The notes under the pieces were generated by a model that made no database searches, was not told the DNA's origin, and worked only from the letters and a program-made list of their open reading frames with translations. Below, piece by piece: positions 23,796 to 33,223 of a stretch of DNA of 64,000 nt. Positions within the stretch are counted from its first letter, which is position 1; every line of letters begins with the position of its first letter. This stretch comes from Lachnospiraceae bacterium Phil5 (lineage in GTDB: Bacteria > Bacillota > Clostridia > TANB77 > CAG-508), in NCBI GenBank assembly GCA_002633185.1, contig NWBM01000002.1:322950-386949 (forward strand), written 5' to 3'. The position numbers were made by a program, and so were the translations under genes.

Positions 23796-25038
23796 TTACA
23801 TAATTACCATATTTCTTGTATAATCCAAATTTGCTATTGAGTCATATTGAAATCCTAATGTATATACATCTGTTGAAAATTTATCTATTTCTAACATTCT
23901 TTTATAAGTTTTATTTGTGTTTGTATCCATGAATTTCTTCAATGATGTAATTACTGGCATTTTAGGATTTTTTTGTGCTATTCCTGAAAGTAACATTTTT
24001 CCTTTACTATTGAAACCCAAAACACGTGCATATGGAACTACTTTTTTGGCTGCTTGTACATCTTTTTTAGTAATTCCAAGTAAAGCAAATAATAGTATTC
24101 TTTGAATCCTTGTTTGTGTATATCTTTTTGTTTTTACCATATTTATGAAATCATTAATATTATTGCAGAAATTTGCTGCGTTTTTTATGCTATTTTCTAA
24201 TCCTTCTGTAACATCTGGTAATTCTGCGATTTCTTCTAATGTCATTTTTCTTAAAGCATAAAAAATTTCTTTTTCAAATTTTGCAATATCATATACAACA
24301 TTTCCAACTTCAAATTCTTTTGTTACTACATCATAAGTTTTTCTTGGTACTACTCTTATTAGTTCACCAAATTCTTTGTTAGCAACTAGTTTTCGAATTG
24401 CTGTTGCACTTGCAAAATCATCAACAATTCTTTGGTCATTGTAATATACTTTTTCTCTTTTAATTGATACTGGGTCAATTTTGCTTTTCAATTTTTTCAA
24501 TGATTTTAAATATTCAATTCCTAAAATATTGTTAGGATTTTTTAGTATATCATTATATCTTTTGTCATCATTTAAATATCTAATTAACGCTGTTTCTCTT
24601 GCTTTTGGATATGATACACCTGTGTTTAATTCAACTTTCAAAATATTAGTATACTCTTTTGGCTCTTCAGCTAAAACTGTTGCTATGTTATTTAATGCCG
24701 CCATATCTTCAGTTTCCGCTCCAAATGATATTGTATCTACTATTTTTAAGCTATCTAGTAATCTTACAGCTCCGTGACGCAAAATTTTCCGCACTTGCTA
24801 CACTATATACTGTAGGTAATTCAAGAACTAAGTCAACTCCGCTTGCAAGAGCCATTTCTGCTTTTTTCCACTTATCAACTATAGAAGTATTTCCTCTTTG
24901 TGCAAAATTTCCACTCATAACGCAAACTACATATTTACAACCTGTTAATTCTTTTGTCTTTTGTAAATGGTATAAATGCCCATTGTGGAATGGGTTATAC
25001 TCTGCTATAACTCCAAGAACTTCGCTCAAAATTTTCAC
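23796..25038 (-). CDS. tmcAL: tRNA(Met) cytidine acetate ligase (HIGH nucleotidyltransferase), single gene with +1 shift at CGG 24772-24774
   Basis: [21 protein letters not shown]; ..AENFAS/GAVRLL.. continuous after skipping one C; [19 protein letters not shown]. Confidence 0.88.
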
Positions 25039-25128
25039 TTCCTTTTTGTATTGTGTTTTGATAACTTTACTGGTATAATATCATAAATGAATGAAAAGTG
25101 CAATAAAATTTTGAAAGGGATGAGTTTT

Positions 25129-25563
25129 ATGGAAGAAGTTGTTATTTATACTGATGGAGCATGTTCTGGGAATCCAGGTCCTGGTGGTTGGGGTTCTATT
25201 TTGATGTATAAAGGAAATAAAAAAGAAATATCTGGTGGCTCAAAAGAAACTACAAATAATGTTATGGAAATGACTGCTGTTATTGAGGCTTTAAAGCTTT
25301 TGAAGTTTCCATGTGATGTTAAATTATATAGTGACAGTGCTTATGTTGTAAATTGCTTTAATCAAGGATGGATTTATAACTGGATTAAAAAAGGCTGGAA
25401 AACTGCTGGTAATGACCCTGTTAAAAATAAAGAATTATGGCAAGAATTGTATGAGCTTACTAAGATTCATAAAGTTACTTTTATTAAAGTTAAAGGTCAT
25501 AGTGATAACGAGTTTAATAATAGATGTGATGAACTTGCAAGAAATGCTATTGATAATATTTAA
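25129..25563 (+). CDS. rnhA: Ribonuclease HI
   Basis: [30 protein letters not shown]. Confidence 0.97.
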   Translation: MEEVVIYTDGACSGNPGPGGWGSILMYKGNKKEISGGSKETTNNVMEMTAVIEALKLLKFPCDVKLYSDSAYVVNCFNQGWIYNWIKKGWKTAGNDPVKNKELWQELYELTKIHKVTFIKVKGHSDNEFNNRCDELARNAIDNI

Positions 25564-25573
25564 CATTTAAGCC

Positions 25574-25610
25574 AAAAAGAATGCTGTTATTTAAAACAGC
25601 ATTCTTTTTT
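25574..25610. terminator. Bidirectional terminator
   Basis: AAAAAGAATGCTGTT..AACAGCATTCTTTTT. Confidence 0.75.
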
Positions 25611-25615
25611 GTTTT

Positions 25616-26443
25616 TCATAATTGACTTTGAAGCTCTGTTGCTTCTTGATTTTGAGAGTCTGAATACTCTTGAGACTTCATAAGTTCTTCAAAAGCTCTT
25701 TCAGAATCATCTTGGTTGTGCATTGGTAAGCCCTCTAAAGAATGTCCTGCCTCCACAAATGAAGCAAATGAATTTACCTGTGTTTCGAACTGAGTATTAA
25801 CCTCAATCTCTGCAATTTTTTTCTTACCAGCATCAATTTCGTCTTGGTCAGACTCAGCTTTTTCAATCAATTCAAGAAAAATCTCACATGAATGTCTCAT
25901 TTGCAGAACTGCATTATCTCTTTCAGAGTTTTCCTTAACATCAAATGTTTTAATATATTTTTTGTTTGTTTCGACAAACTCAGGTAACACCGAAGAAAAC
26001 ACGAATTTAACGGTTTCTGCCACTTCGGAACTACCGCTACATTTGTTTAAAAGTTTTTTAAGCTTTTCAATTACTTCGCTTACTCTGTCATAGGCAAAAA
26101 TTGGTGCATGATTTTGCTGTTCTTCAAGTCCCTCCAAAATGTCTTCAGCTTTACGCATTATTTTTTCTTTAGGTCTTTTAGAAATCAGATTGTAGGTATG
26201 AAAACCTCTTACTCCAAGGAGAGCCGCGTAAAATGGATACACGAATCTACCCACATATTTACCCCAGCTTTCCGTCTTACTAGAAACAAGAATCCATAAA
26301 ACCATTAAAGCAATTGTAATTGTGTCATGAATAAGGTAGTACCAAATTTTCCTTCTCTTTTTTTTACATAGGTCTTTGCCAAACGTAAATGTGACATCCC
26401 AAATTGTCAAAGCATAAATCCAGCTTATAAGAGCCTGAAACAT
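25616..26443 (-). CDS. Orphan membrane protein with helical C-terminus (weak XpaC-like resemblance)
   Basis: N-terminal TMs then coiled coil; own TTGACT-17-TAAAAT promoter; atypical codon usage. Confidence 0.6.
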   Translation of the reverse strand: MFQALISWIYALTIWDVTFTFGKDLCKKKRRKIWYYLIHDTITIALMVLWILVSSKTESWGKYVGRFVYPFYAALLGVRGFHTYNLISKRPKEKIMRKAEDILEGLEEQQNHAPIFAYDRVSEVIEKLKKLLNKCSGSSEVAETVKFVFSSVLPEFVETNKKYIKTFDVKENSERDNAVLQMRHSCEIFLELIEKAESDQDEIDAGKKKIAEIEVNTQFETQVNSFASFVEAGHSLEGLPMHNQDDSERAFEELMKSQEYSDSQNQEATELQSQL

Positions 26444-26620
26444 ACATAACCATCCTCTCTAAATTATTAAAAGCGGATTACGGATAAAAGACCGACCTCG
26501 GTCTAAACAGAATGAATTTTATCATAATTTATCTTAAAAGTCAATTCCATCATGCTTTTAAGCAATAAACAACAGGTTATTACAATTAATTTTACAACAA
26601 CCTGTTCTTTTCTTATTTTT

Positions 26621-27715
26621 TTATTCCATTTCAAAGAATGATTTTAATACACCTTTTTTCAATAATTCATTAAACACATTTAATAAAATTAAACATACAA
26701 TTGGACCTACCATTAATCCAAATACACCTATTAATTTAAAGCCTGTGTACATTGCAGCTAGTGTGATTAATGGGTGCATTCCTATTTGTTTACTTACCAT
26801 GTGTGGTTCCATTAGTTGTCTTATTATTGCCCATACTCCCCATAAGCATATTACTGCTATTGCTAATGGGATATTTCCTGTGAAACCTAGGTATATTGCC
26901 CATGGTATCATTACTGAACCAGCTCCAAATATTGGTAGTAAATCTATAAATCCTATAAGTACTGCCATTAATATTGTGTATTTTACACCTAGTCCGCAAA
27001 CATCAAATATTATAAGTCCTATTAATACCCACATAAAGCATATAAATGATAGTTTTGCTTCTGCTTTTATGTAGCTCCATGTAACTCCACATACATCTGT
27101 ATATACTTCTTTAGTCTTATCTATCCATTTTTTAGGAACTTGGCTAGATATTTTGTCTAACACTAATTGTCTGTCAAAACATGTGAATATTGTTGCTAAA
27201 ATAGTTATTATTATATATGTAATCATTGTTGGTAATGAACTTACTGTTGTTATAATGTTTCCACCTATTCCTGTTGCTATTCTGTTTGCACCATCAATTA
27301 ATCCTTGAATTGCCTTTTTAACTAATTCTGCAATTTCATTTGGTAGTGGTGAATTTCCATTTTGAATATCATTAACATATCCAACACAATAATTATATAA
27401 TTCTCTATATGAGTCATTCGAATTTGCAATTAAGTTTTTACATTCTTCCACAAGCTTTGTTACACCTAGTGTTATTAATAGACTAAGTATTCCAAAAACA
27501 AGTAATAATGATATAATTGCAGCTACTTTTCTATTAATTTTCAATTTTTTATTTAAGAATTTTACAACTGGTTCTACAATTGATGCAATAAGTAATGCTA
27601 TTATGAACGGAATATAAAACATTGCTAATTTATATAATAAAAATATTCCTAGTAAAACAACAATTACTACTGCTATTTTTATTCCTATTTTTTTATAATA
27701 ATTATTTTTATCCAT
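26621..27715 (-). CDS. ytvI: Sporulation integral membrane protein YtvI (AI-2E family)
   Basis: PFIIA, DLLPIFG.G..MIPW, RQLMEP..VS.QIG.HPL. Confidence 0.9.
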   Translation of the reverse strand: MDKNNYYKKIGIKIAVVIVVLLGIFLLYKLAMFYIPFIIALLIASIVEPVVKFLNKKLKINRKVAAIISLLLVFGILSLLITLGVTKLVEECKNLIANSNDSYRELYNYCVGYVNDIQNGNSPLPNEIAELVKKAIQGLIDGANRIATGIGGNIITTVSSLPTMITYIIITILATIFTCFDRQLVLDKISSQVPKKWIDKTKEVYTDVCGVTWSYIKAEAKLSFICFMWVLIGLIIFDVCGLGVKYTILMAVLIGFIDLLPIFGAGSVMIPWAIYLGFTGNIPLAIAVICLWGVWAIIRQLMEPHMVSKQIGMHPLITLAAMYTGFKLIGVFGLMVGPIVCLILLNVFNELLKKGVLKSFFEME

Positions 27716-27733
27716 ATTAATACCCTTCTTTTT

Positions 27734-30334
27734 TTATTCAGTTCTTAATGCTACAACTGGATCTTTTTTACTTGCCATTTTTGATGGAATTAATCCTGCA
27801 ATTACAGTTAATACAACACTAATAATTACTAAAGCAATTCCTCCACCAACTGGTAATGCAGCAATATTTGGAACTTTTGTTATTGCTTTTATTATAATGT
27901 TTATAGGTATACATAGTAATAATGTAACTCCAATTCCAATTGCACCTGCTACTAAACCTATTATTAAAGTTTCAGCATTGAACACTCTTGAAATATCTTT
28001 CTTAGAAGCTCCAATAGATCTTAAAATACCTATTTCTTTTGTTCTTTCTAGAACTGATATATATGTTATAATTCCAATCATTATTGATGATACTACTAAT
28101 GAAATAGATACAAATGCTATTAATACATAACTAATGATGTTTACTATTGTTGTAACAGAACTCATCATCATTCCTACCACGTCTGAATATTCTATAACAT
28201 TTTCTTCTTTTCCATCGTTTCTTTGCATTTGATTATAATCATCAATTGCCTTAGATATTTTTTCTTTTGATTCAAAATTCTTTGGATAAATATTTATTTG
28301 TGCTGGTTTATCTAAGTCTACTGAACCAAGTTTTTTCATTACAGATTTATATGATGCATCCATATTTCCTGTAAAGCTTGACATTAATGACATTATTTCT
28401 TCTTGACTCATGTTTTGCATTTTTTGCATTTGTTCTGCAGATATCATTCCTGTATTCATTGAATATAAGTCTTTTTCACTCATAAAGTTTAATCCTGTTA
28501 ATACGTTTTTGCTAGGATTTGATTTTTGTTCTTTTACTATTTCAGAATCATTTATTTTGTTGATTACATATTCTGTAAGATCTTTTGTGTATAGTATTAA
28601 TCCTGATGTATCTGAAACAACAGATTCTGCTTTAGGTTTCATTATTCCAACTATTTTTATTGTTTCTGCTCCATTAATTTTCTTTATCATATATGCTGTA
28701 TCTTTAGATTTATCAACCCAAATTCCACTGTTTGATTTTTCATAATAATCTGTATTCAAAATAAGTTTGTACTCTAAATTTAATAACTCATCATATGTGA
28801 ACGCTTTTGAATCTTTCTTCTCAAAACTCTTTCCGTTTTTAATGCTTTTCATCATATCTTTTAATTCTTTTTGATCATATAATCCTAGAGAATATAAAGT
28901 ATAGTCACTAATTTCATTGTTCTCATCAACTAATAAAACGACCTCATTATATTTTTCAGGTAGCTTTCCTGCTATAACATCATATTGTGAATTTATCAAT
29001 TCCTTATTATCCATCATTTCAGACCATACATCTGTTGTTGACATACTTGAAAATGAAAATAATGCGCTACTTTCTGCTTCCGCTTCTGATTGTCCAAAAC
29101 CAATATTATCCATTACAGTACTTGGATTTACTTGTACCACACCATTTTCAGTATCTGGTCTGTATAAATTCAAATTCAAATTATAACTATATTGAACTGC
29201 ATTTGCATTATCTTTAATTGTAGAATTTTCATTTTCTATATATTTCCTAAAAGACTCTAAATTGTTAGTTTTCATCTTAGTAGATATTGTACTTAACATA
29301 TTTCCCATTATGTTTTTTGAATGAATTTGATTATCATTATGTGGCTGTTTGTTGTTATTTTCTTCCATCATCGCTGTCATCATATTTCCTAAATCAACAG
29401 ATTCTTCTTGTATTGAAATTGGATATGATGAAAGTGTGTCTTCTTCTACTTTATCTATATATCTTTGCACACCATTTGATAATGATAAAATCATTGCAAT
29501 TCCTATTATTCCTATACTTCCTGCGAATGACGTTAAAAATGTTCTTCCTTTTTTTGTCATTAAGTTGTTTAAACTTAGTGAAATTGCTGTAAAAAAGCTC
29601 ATTGATTTCTTTGCTTTGTTTTCTTTGCCATTTGAATCATTTTTTACTTCTTCATCTTTGTATGGATTTGAATCATCAACTATTTTTCCATCTAATATTT
29701 TTACAATTCTTGATGAATATTTTTCAGCTAATTCTGGGTTATGTGTTACCATTATAATTAATTTTTCTTTAGATATTTCTTTTAATATCTCCATAACTTG
29801 AACACTTGTGGCTGTGTCTAATGCACCTGTAGGTTCATCTGCAAGAATTATCTCAGGGTCATTTACCAATGCTCTTGCAATAGCAACTCTTTGCATTTGA
29901 CCTCCAGATAATTGATTTGGTTTCTTATGTATTTGATCTTTTAGCCCTACTTTTTCTAATGCTTTTATTGCTCTTTGTTTTCTCTCTTTTTTAGATACTC
30001 CAGAAAGAGTTAACGCAAGTTCAACATTGGCTAGAACAGTTTGATGTGGAATTAAGTTATAGCTTTGGAATACAAAACCAATAGCATAGTTTCTGTATGC
30101 ATCCCAATCTTTATCTTTAAATTTTTTTGTTGATTTTCCATTTATTATTAAGTCTCCAGTTGTGTATCTGTCTAATCCTCCAATTATATTTAGCAATGTA
30201 GTTTTTCCACAACCACTTTGTCCTAAAACAGATACAAATTCGTTTTTTCTAAAATTCAAATCTATTCCTTTAAGTGCTTGCACTTTCATATCTCCTGAAG
30301 CATAGTCTTTTGTTATATTTTTTAGTTCTAACAC
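27734..30334 (-). CDS. MacB-like ABC transporter, fused ATPase/FtsX permease
   Basis: GQSGCGKTT, LSGGQ, ADEPTGALD; C-terminal ERTKEIGILRSIGA. Confidence 0.92.
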   Translation of the reverse strand: MLELKNITKDYASGDMKVQALKGIDLNFRKNEFVSVLGQSGCGKTTLLNIIGGLDRYTTGDLIINGKSTKKFKDKDWDAYRNYAIGFVFQSYNLIPHQTVLANVELALTLSGVSKKERKQRAIKALEKVGLKDQIHKKPNQLSGGQMQRVAIARALVNDPEIILADEPTGALDTATSVQVMEILKEISKEKLIIMVTHNPELAEKYSSRIVKILDGKIVDDSNPYKDEEVKNDSNGKENKAKKSMSFFTAISLSLNNLMTKKGRTFLTSFAGSIGIIGIAMILSLSNGVQRYIDKVEEDTLSSYPISIQEESVDLGNMMTAMMEENNNKQPHNDNQIHSKNIMGNMLSTISTKMKTNNLESFRKYIENENSTIKDNANAVQYSYNLNLNLYRPDTENGVVQVNPSTVMDNIGFGQSEAEAESSALFSFSSMSTTDVWSEMMDNKELINSQYDVIAGKLPEKYNEVVLLVDENNEISDYTLYSLGLYDQKELKDMMKSIKNGKSFEKKDSKAFTYDELLNLEYKLILNTDYYEKSNSGIWVDKSKDTAYMIKKINGAETIKIVGIMKPKAESVVSDTSGLILYTKDLTEYVINKINDSEIVKEQKSNPSKNVLTGLNFMSEKDLYSMNTGMISAEQMQKMQNMSQEEIMSLMSSFTGNMDASYKSVMKKLGSVDLDKPAQINIYPKNFESKEKISKAIDDYNQMQRNDGKEENVIEYSDVVGMMMSSVTTIVNIISYVLIAFVSISLVVSSIMIGIITYISVLERTKEIGILRSIGASKKDISRVFNAETLIIGLVAGAIGIGVTLLLCIPINIIIKAITKVPNIAALPVGGGIALVIISVVLTVIAGLIPSKMASKKDPVVALRTE

Positions 30335-30408
30335 TTTTATTTATCCTCCTTATTTTTCTATAATTACTGATAAATATTTTACAATTTTTGCCATATAAAG
30401 TCAATAGA

Positions 30409-30445
30409 TTTTTTGGGACACCTCCAAAAAATCTCCCAAAAAATC
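30409..30445 (+). repeat. GGGACACC family repeat, 37-bp copy
   Basis: Identical to 18072-18108. Confidence 0.85.
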
Positions 30446-30527
30446 CACCAAAATTTGCGAGAAAAAAATAGGAATAAATAACTTCTTTAAGTCATTTACT
30501 CCTATTTATATTTTACTAATAAAAATT

Positions 30528-32279
30528 TTATTTTTTACTCTTAGTACCCAGGATTTTTTCGAATTCTTTAAATCTCTTAATTTTTTGAGTTGTTGTTTTC
30601 TCTAATGGCTCTGTTGTTATTATTAGTTCTTTTAATCTTTTAAATGCTGGTAATTGTTTGTTTATTTCTTTTATTTCTTCCCATATTAGTTGTTCATATT
30701 CTTTTTCTGTTTTGTCACCATATATGTCTTTTATAACTTGTTCATCATAAACTACTTTTACCCCTAGGTTTATTTCATTTTTTGCATTTGGTCTTGGGAA
30801 AATAATACTTTCTTGAACATATGGAAGTTTGTTTACTAATGTTTCTATATCTACAGGATAAACATTTTCGCCATTTTTTAGAACTATTACTTCTTTCTTT
30901 CTTCCTGTAATATATAGTAATCCATCTTCGTCGAAGTAACCTAAATCTCCTGTGTAGAACCATCCATCTTTTAGCACTTCTTTTGTTGCCTCTTCATTTT
31001 CGTAATATCCAAGCATTATGTTTGGTCCTTTTGCAATTACTTCTCCTACTCCCTCTTCATCTTTATCAACAACATCTAATTCTACTAACCATGGTGCTAT
31101 TCCAACACTTCCTGGTCTTTTTAGCTTATCTGTTTCTGCTGCAATAACAGGTGATGTTTCTGTTAATCCATATCCCTGTATTGTTGCAATACCAAATCTG
31201 TTATATCCATCGATTACCTCTTTGCTCATAGATGCAGCTCCAAAGTACATTACACGTACTTTTCCACCTAATTGGTCTAATACAGACTTGAATACTTTTC
31301 TTCTAATATCAATGTGCAATTTCTTATATAAGAAATTAGATATTTTCGTCATCTTCTCAACTAATTTTGTTTTTCCAGCTTTGTCTACACCATTCATAAT
31401 TTTTTTGTACATTGTTTCAAGTACTAATGGTACTGCAACAAAAACACTTACTTGATATTCTTGTAGATTTTTTTGTATGTATTTTAATCCGTCGCAAAAT
31501 GCTACTGTAACACCACTATAGAAACCAAATAAGAATGTTATTGTACATTCAAATGTATGGTGTAATGGTAAAAATGAAAGTAATACATCTGTTGGATACA
31601 TTTTAGCAAGTTTTGCAATACCCATTATATTATAACAAATATTTTTTTGAGATAACATTACTCCTTTTGGTTGTGCTGTTGTTCCTGATGTAAATAATAA
31701 AACACTCATTTTTTCATTATCTATTTCGATTTTACTATATGAATCATTTCCTTCGCTTATAAGCTTTTGTCCTTGTTCAACTAGTTGTTTATAAGATAAC
31801 ACACCATTTTTTTCACTTTCTAAGTCCATATTTATAAATACTTTTAAGTTTTCATTTTCTCCTGATTCTTTGATTCTGTTAAATATATCAGCATATTTCT
31901 TTTCATAAATAACTGCATCAGCTTTACTTCTTGCTATTAAATTTTTAATTTCACCTTCTGGTAACATTTTGTCTAATGGAACTGCAACCATGTTTGAAGT
32001 AGTTATTGCTAAATAACTAACACACCATTCATATCTGTTGTTAGCAATAATTACTACTTTCTTGTTTTCTAATCCAAGATTTAAAAGAGATGTTGCCAAT
32101 CCTTCTATTTCTTTATTTATATCTGAATATGTTTTTTCAACTATTGTTTCATTTTCTTTTCCAAGATTTTCTTTGAATTTATATGCTACATTATTTGGAT
32201 ACTTCTCAACTGTTTTGTCAACCATATCTCTAAAGTTATTGATTGTATGTACTTCATATAACTCATTACTTATTTTCAT
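30528..32279 (-). CDS. Long-chain fatty acid--CoA ligase (AMP-binding)
   Basis: FTSGTT..PKG, QGYGLTETSP, TGDLG, GRKK..IVL.NGENV. Confidence 0.9.
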   Translation of the reverse strand: MKISNELYEVHTINNFRDMVDKTVEKYPNNVAYKFKENLGKENETIVEKTYSDINKEIEGLATSLLNLGLENKKVVIIANNRYEWCVSYLAITTSNMVAVPLDKMLPEGEIKNLIARSKADAVIYEKKYADIFNRIKESGENENLKVFINMDLESEKNGVLSYKQLVEQGQKLISEGNDSYSKIEIDNEKMSVLLFTSGTTAQPKGVMLSQKNICYNIMGIAKLAKMYPTDVLLSFLPLHHTFECTITFLFGFYSGVTVAFCDGLKYIQKNLQEYQVSVFVAVPLVLETMYKKIMNGVDKAGKTKLVEKMTKISNFLYKKLHIDIRRKVFKSVLDQLGGKVRVMYFGAASMSKEVIDGYNRFGIATIQGYGLTETSPVIAAETDKLKRPGSVGIAPWLVELDVVDKDEEGVGEVIAKGPNIMLGYYENEEATKEVLKDGWFYTGDLGYFDEDGLLYITGRKKEVIVLKNGENVYPVDIETLVNKLPYVQESIIFPRPNAKNEINLGVKVVYDEQVIKDIYGDKTEKEYEQLIWEEIKEINKQLPAFKRLKELIITTEPLEKTTTQKIKRFKEFEKILGTKSKK

Positions 32280-32445
32280 TTTGTGTCCTCCCTATAATTA
32301 CACTTTTTTAGTAAGCTAATTATATAATTGCTAAGCCTAAAAATCAATAACTAGCATTATATTAAATTTCGTGTAACCGGAACACCTTTATATATCTAGA
32401 TTTTTTCGATTAGTCTATACAGTCGGTAATTATTAAATTTGCATT

Positions 32446-33144
32446 TTACTCCTCTATTTCCTTTGATAATTTGTTAATTGCTTTTGTTTCAATTCTTGAG
32501 ACATAACTACGCGATATACCAAGCATTTTAGCTATTTGATTTTGTGTTCGCGGCTTTTTTCCGTCTAAGCCAAATCTCATTTCTATTATTAATTTTTCTC
32601 TGTCTTTCAAAACCTCTTTCATCTTTTCATATAATTTTTTTATTTTAAATTTTAAATCAACTTCATCTTCAATGCTTTTTTCATTATTCTCTAATACTTC
32701 TTGTAACGAAACTGTATTGTCATCTTTGTCTTTTCCTATAGTGTCTTCTAAATATACTTCAGCATTTAGTTTTTTTATTGAACGTAAATGCATAAGAATT
32801 TCATTTTCTATACATCTAGAAACATAAGTAGCAAGACGAACCCCTTTATCCATATTAAAACTTTTGATTCCTTTTATTAATCCTATTGTACCTATGGATA
32901 TTAGATCATCTTGCTCTATATTTGAAGTATTATACTTTTTACACACATGTGCTACTAGTCTTAAATTGCGCTCAATTAATATATTTCTTGCTTCTTCGTC
33001 ACCTTGTCTATATTTTTCCAAATACATTTTTTCTTCTTCCGAAGTTAGTGGTTCAGGGAATAAATTATTGTTTGAAATATATCCTACCACAAAAACTGCA
33101 CTTTTTAAAAATGCCAAGAAACCAGACATACAAAGAGTTAACAT
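32446..33144 (-). CDS. sigK: Sporulation sigma factor pro-SigK, uninterrupted
   Basis: Hydrophobic pro-peptide, FPEPL, ERNLRLVAHV.KKY, DLISIGTIGLIK, ISRSYVSRIE. Confidence 0.93.
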   Translation of the reverse strand: MLTLCMSGFLAFLKSAVFVVGYISNNNLFPEPLTSEEEKMYLEKYRQGDEEARNILIERNLRLVAHVCKKYNTSNIEQDDLISIGTIGLIKGIKSFNMDKGVRLATYVSRCIENEILMHLRSIKKLNAEVYLEDTIGKDKDDNTVSLQEVLENNEKSIEDEVDLKFKIKKLYEKMKEVLKDREKLIIEMRFGLDGKKPRTQNQIAKMLGISRSYVSRIETKAINKLSKEIEE

Positions 33145-33223
33145 ATATTTACCTCCAATTAAATCTATATTAAATATATGCTAATAATTTGTTTTTGTGC
33201 TTGTAATGCTTGGTTATAAATTA

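Noticed and set aside
32446-33144. skin-like element interrupting sigK
   Set aside because: sigK is continuous and full length.
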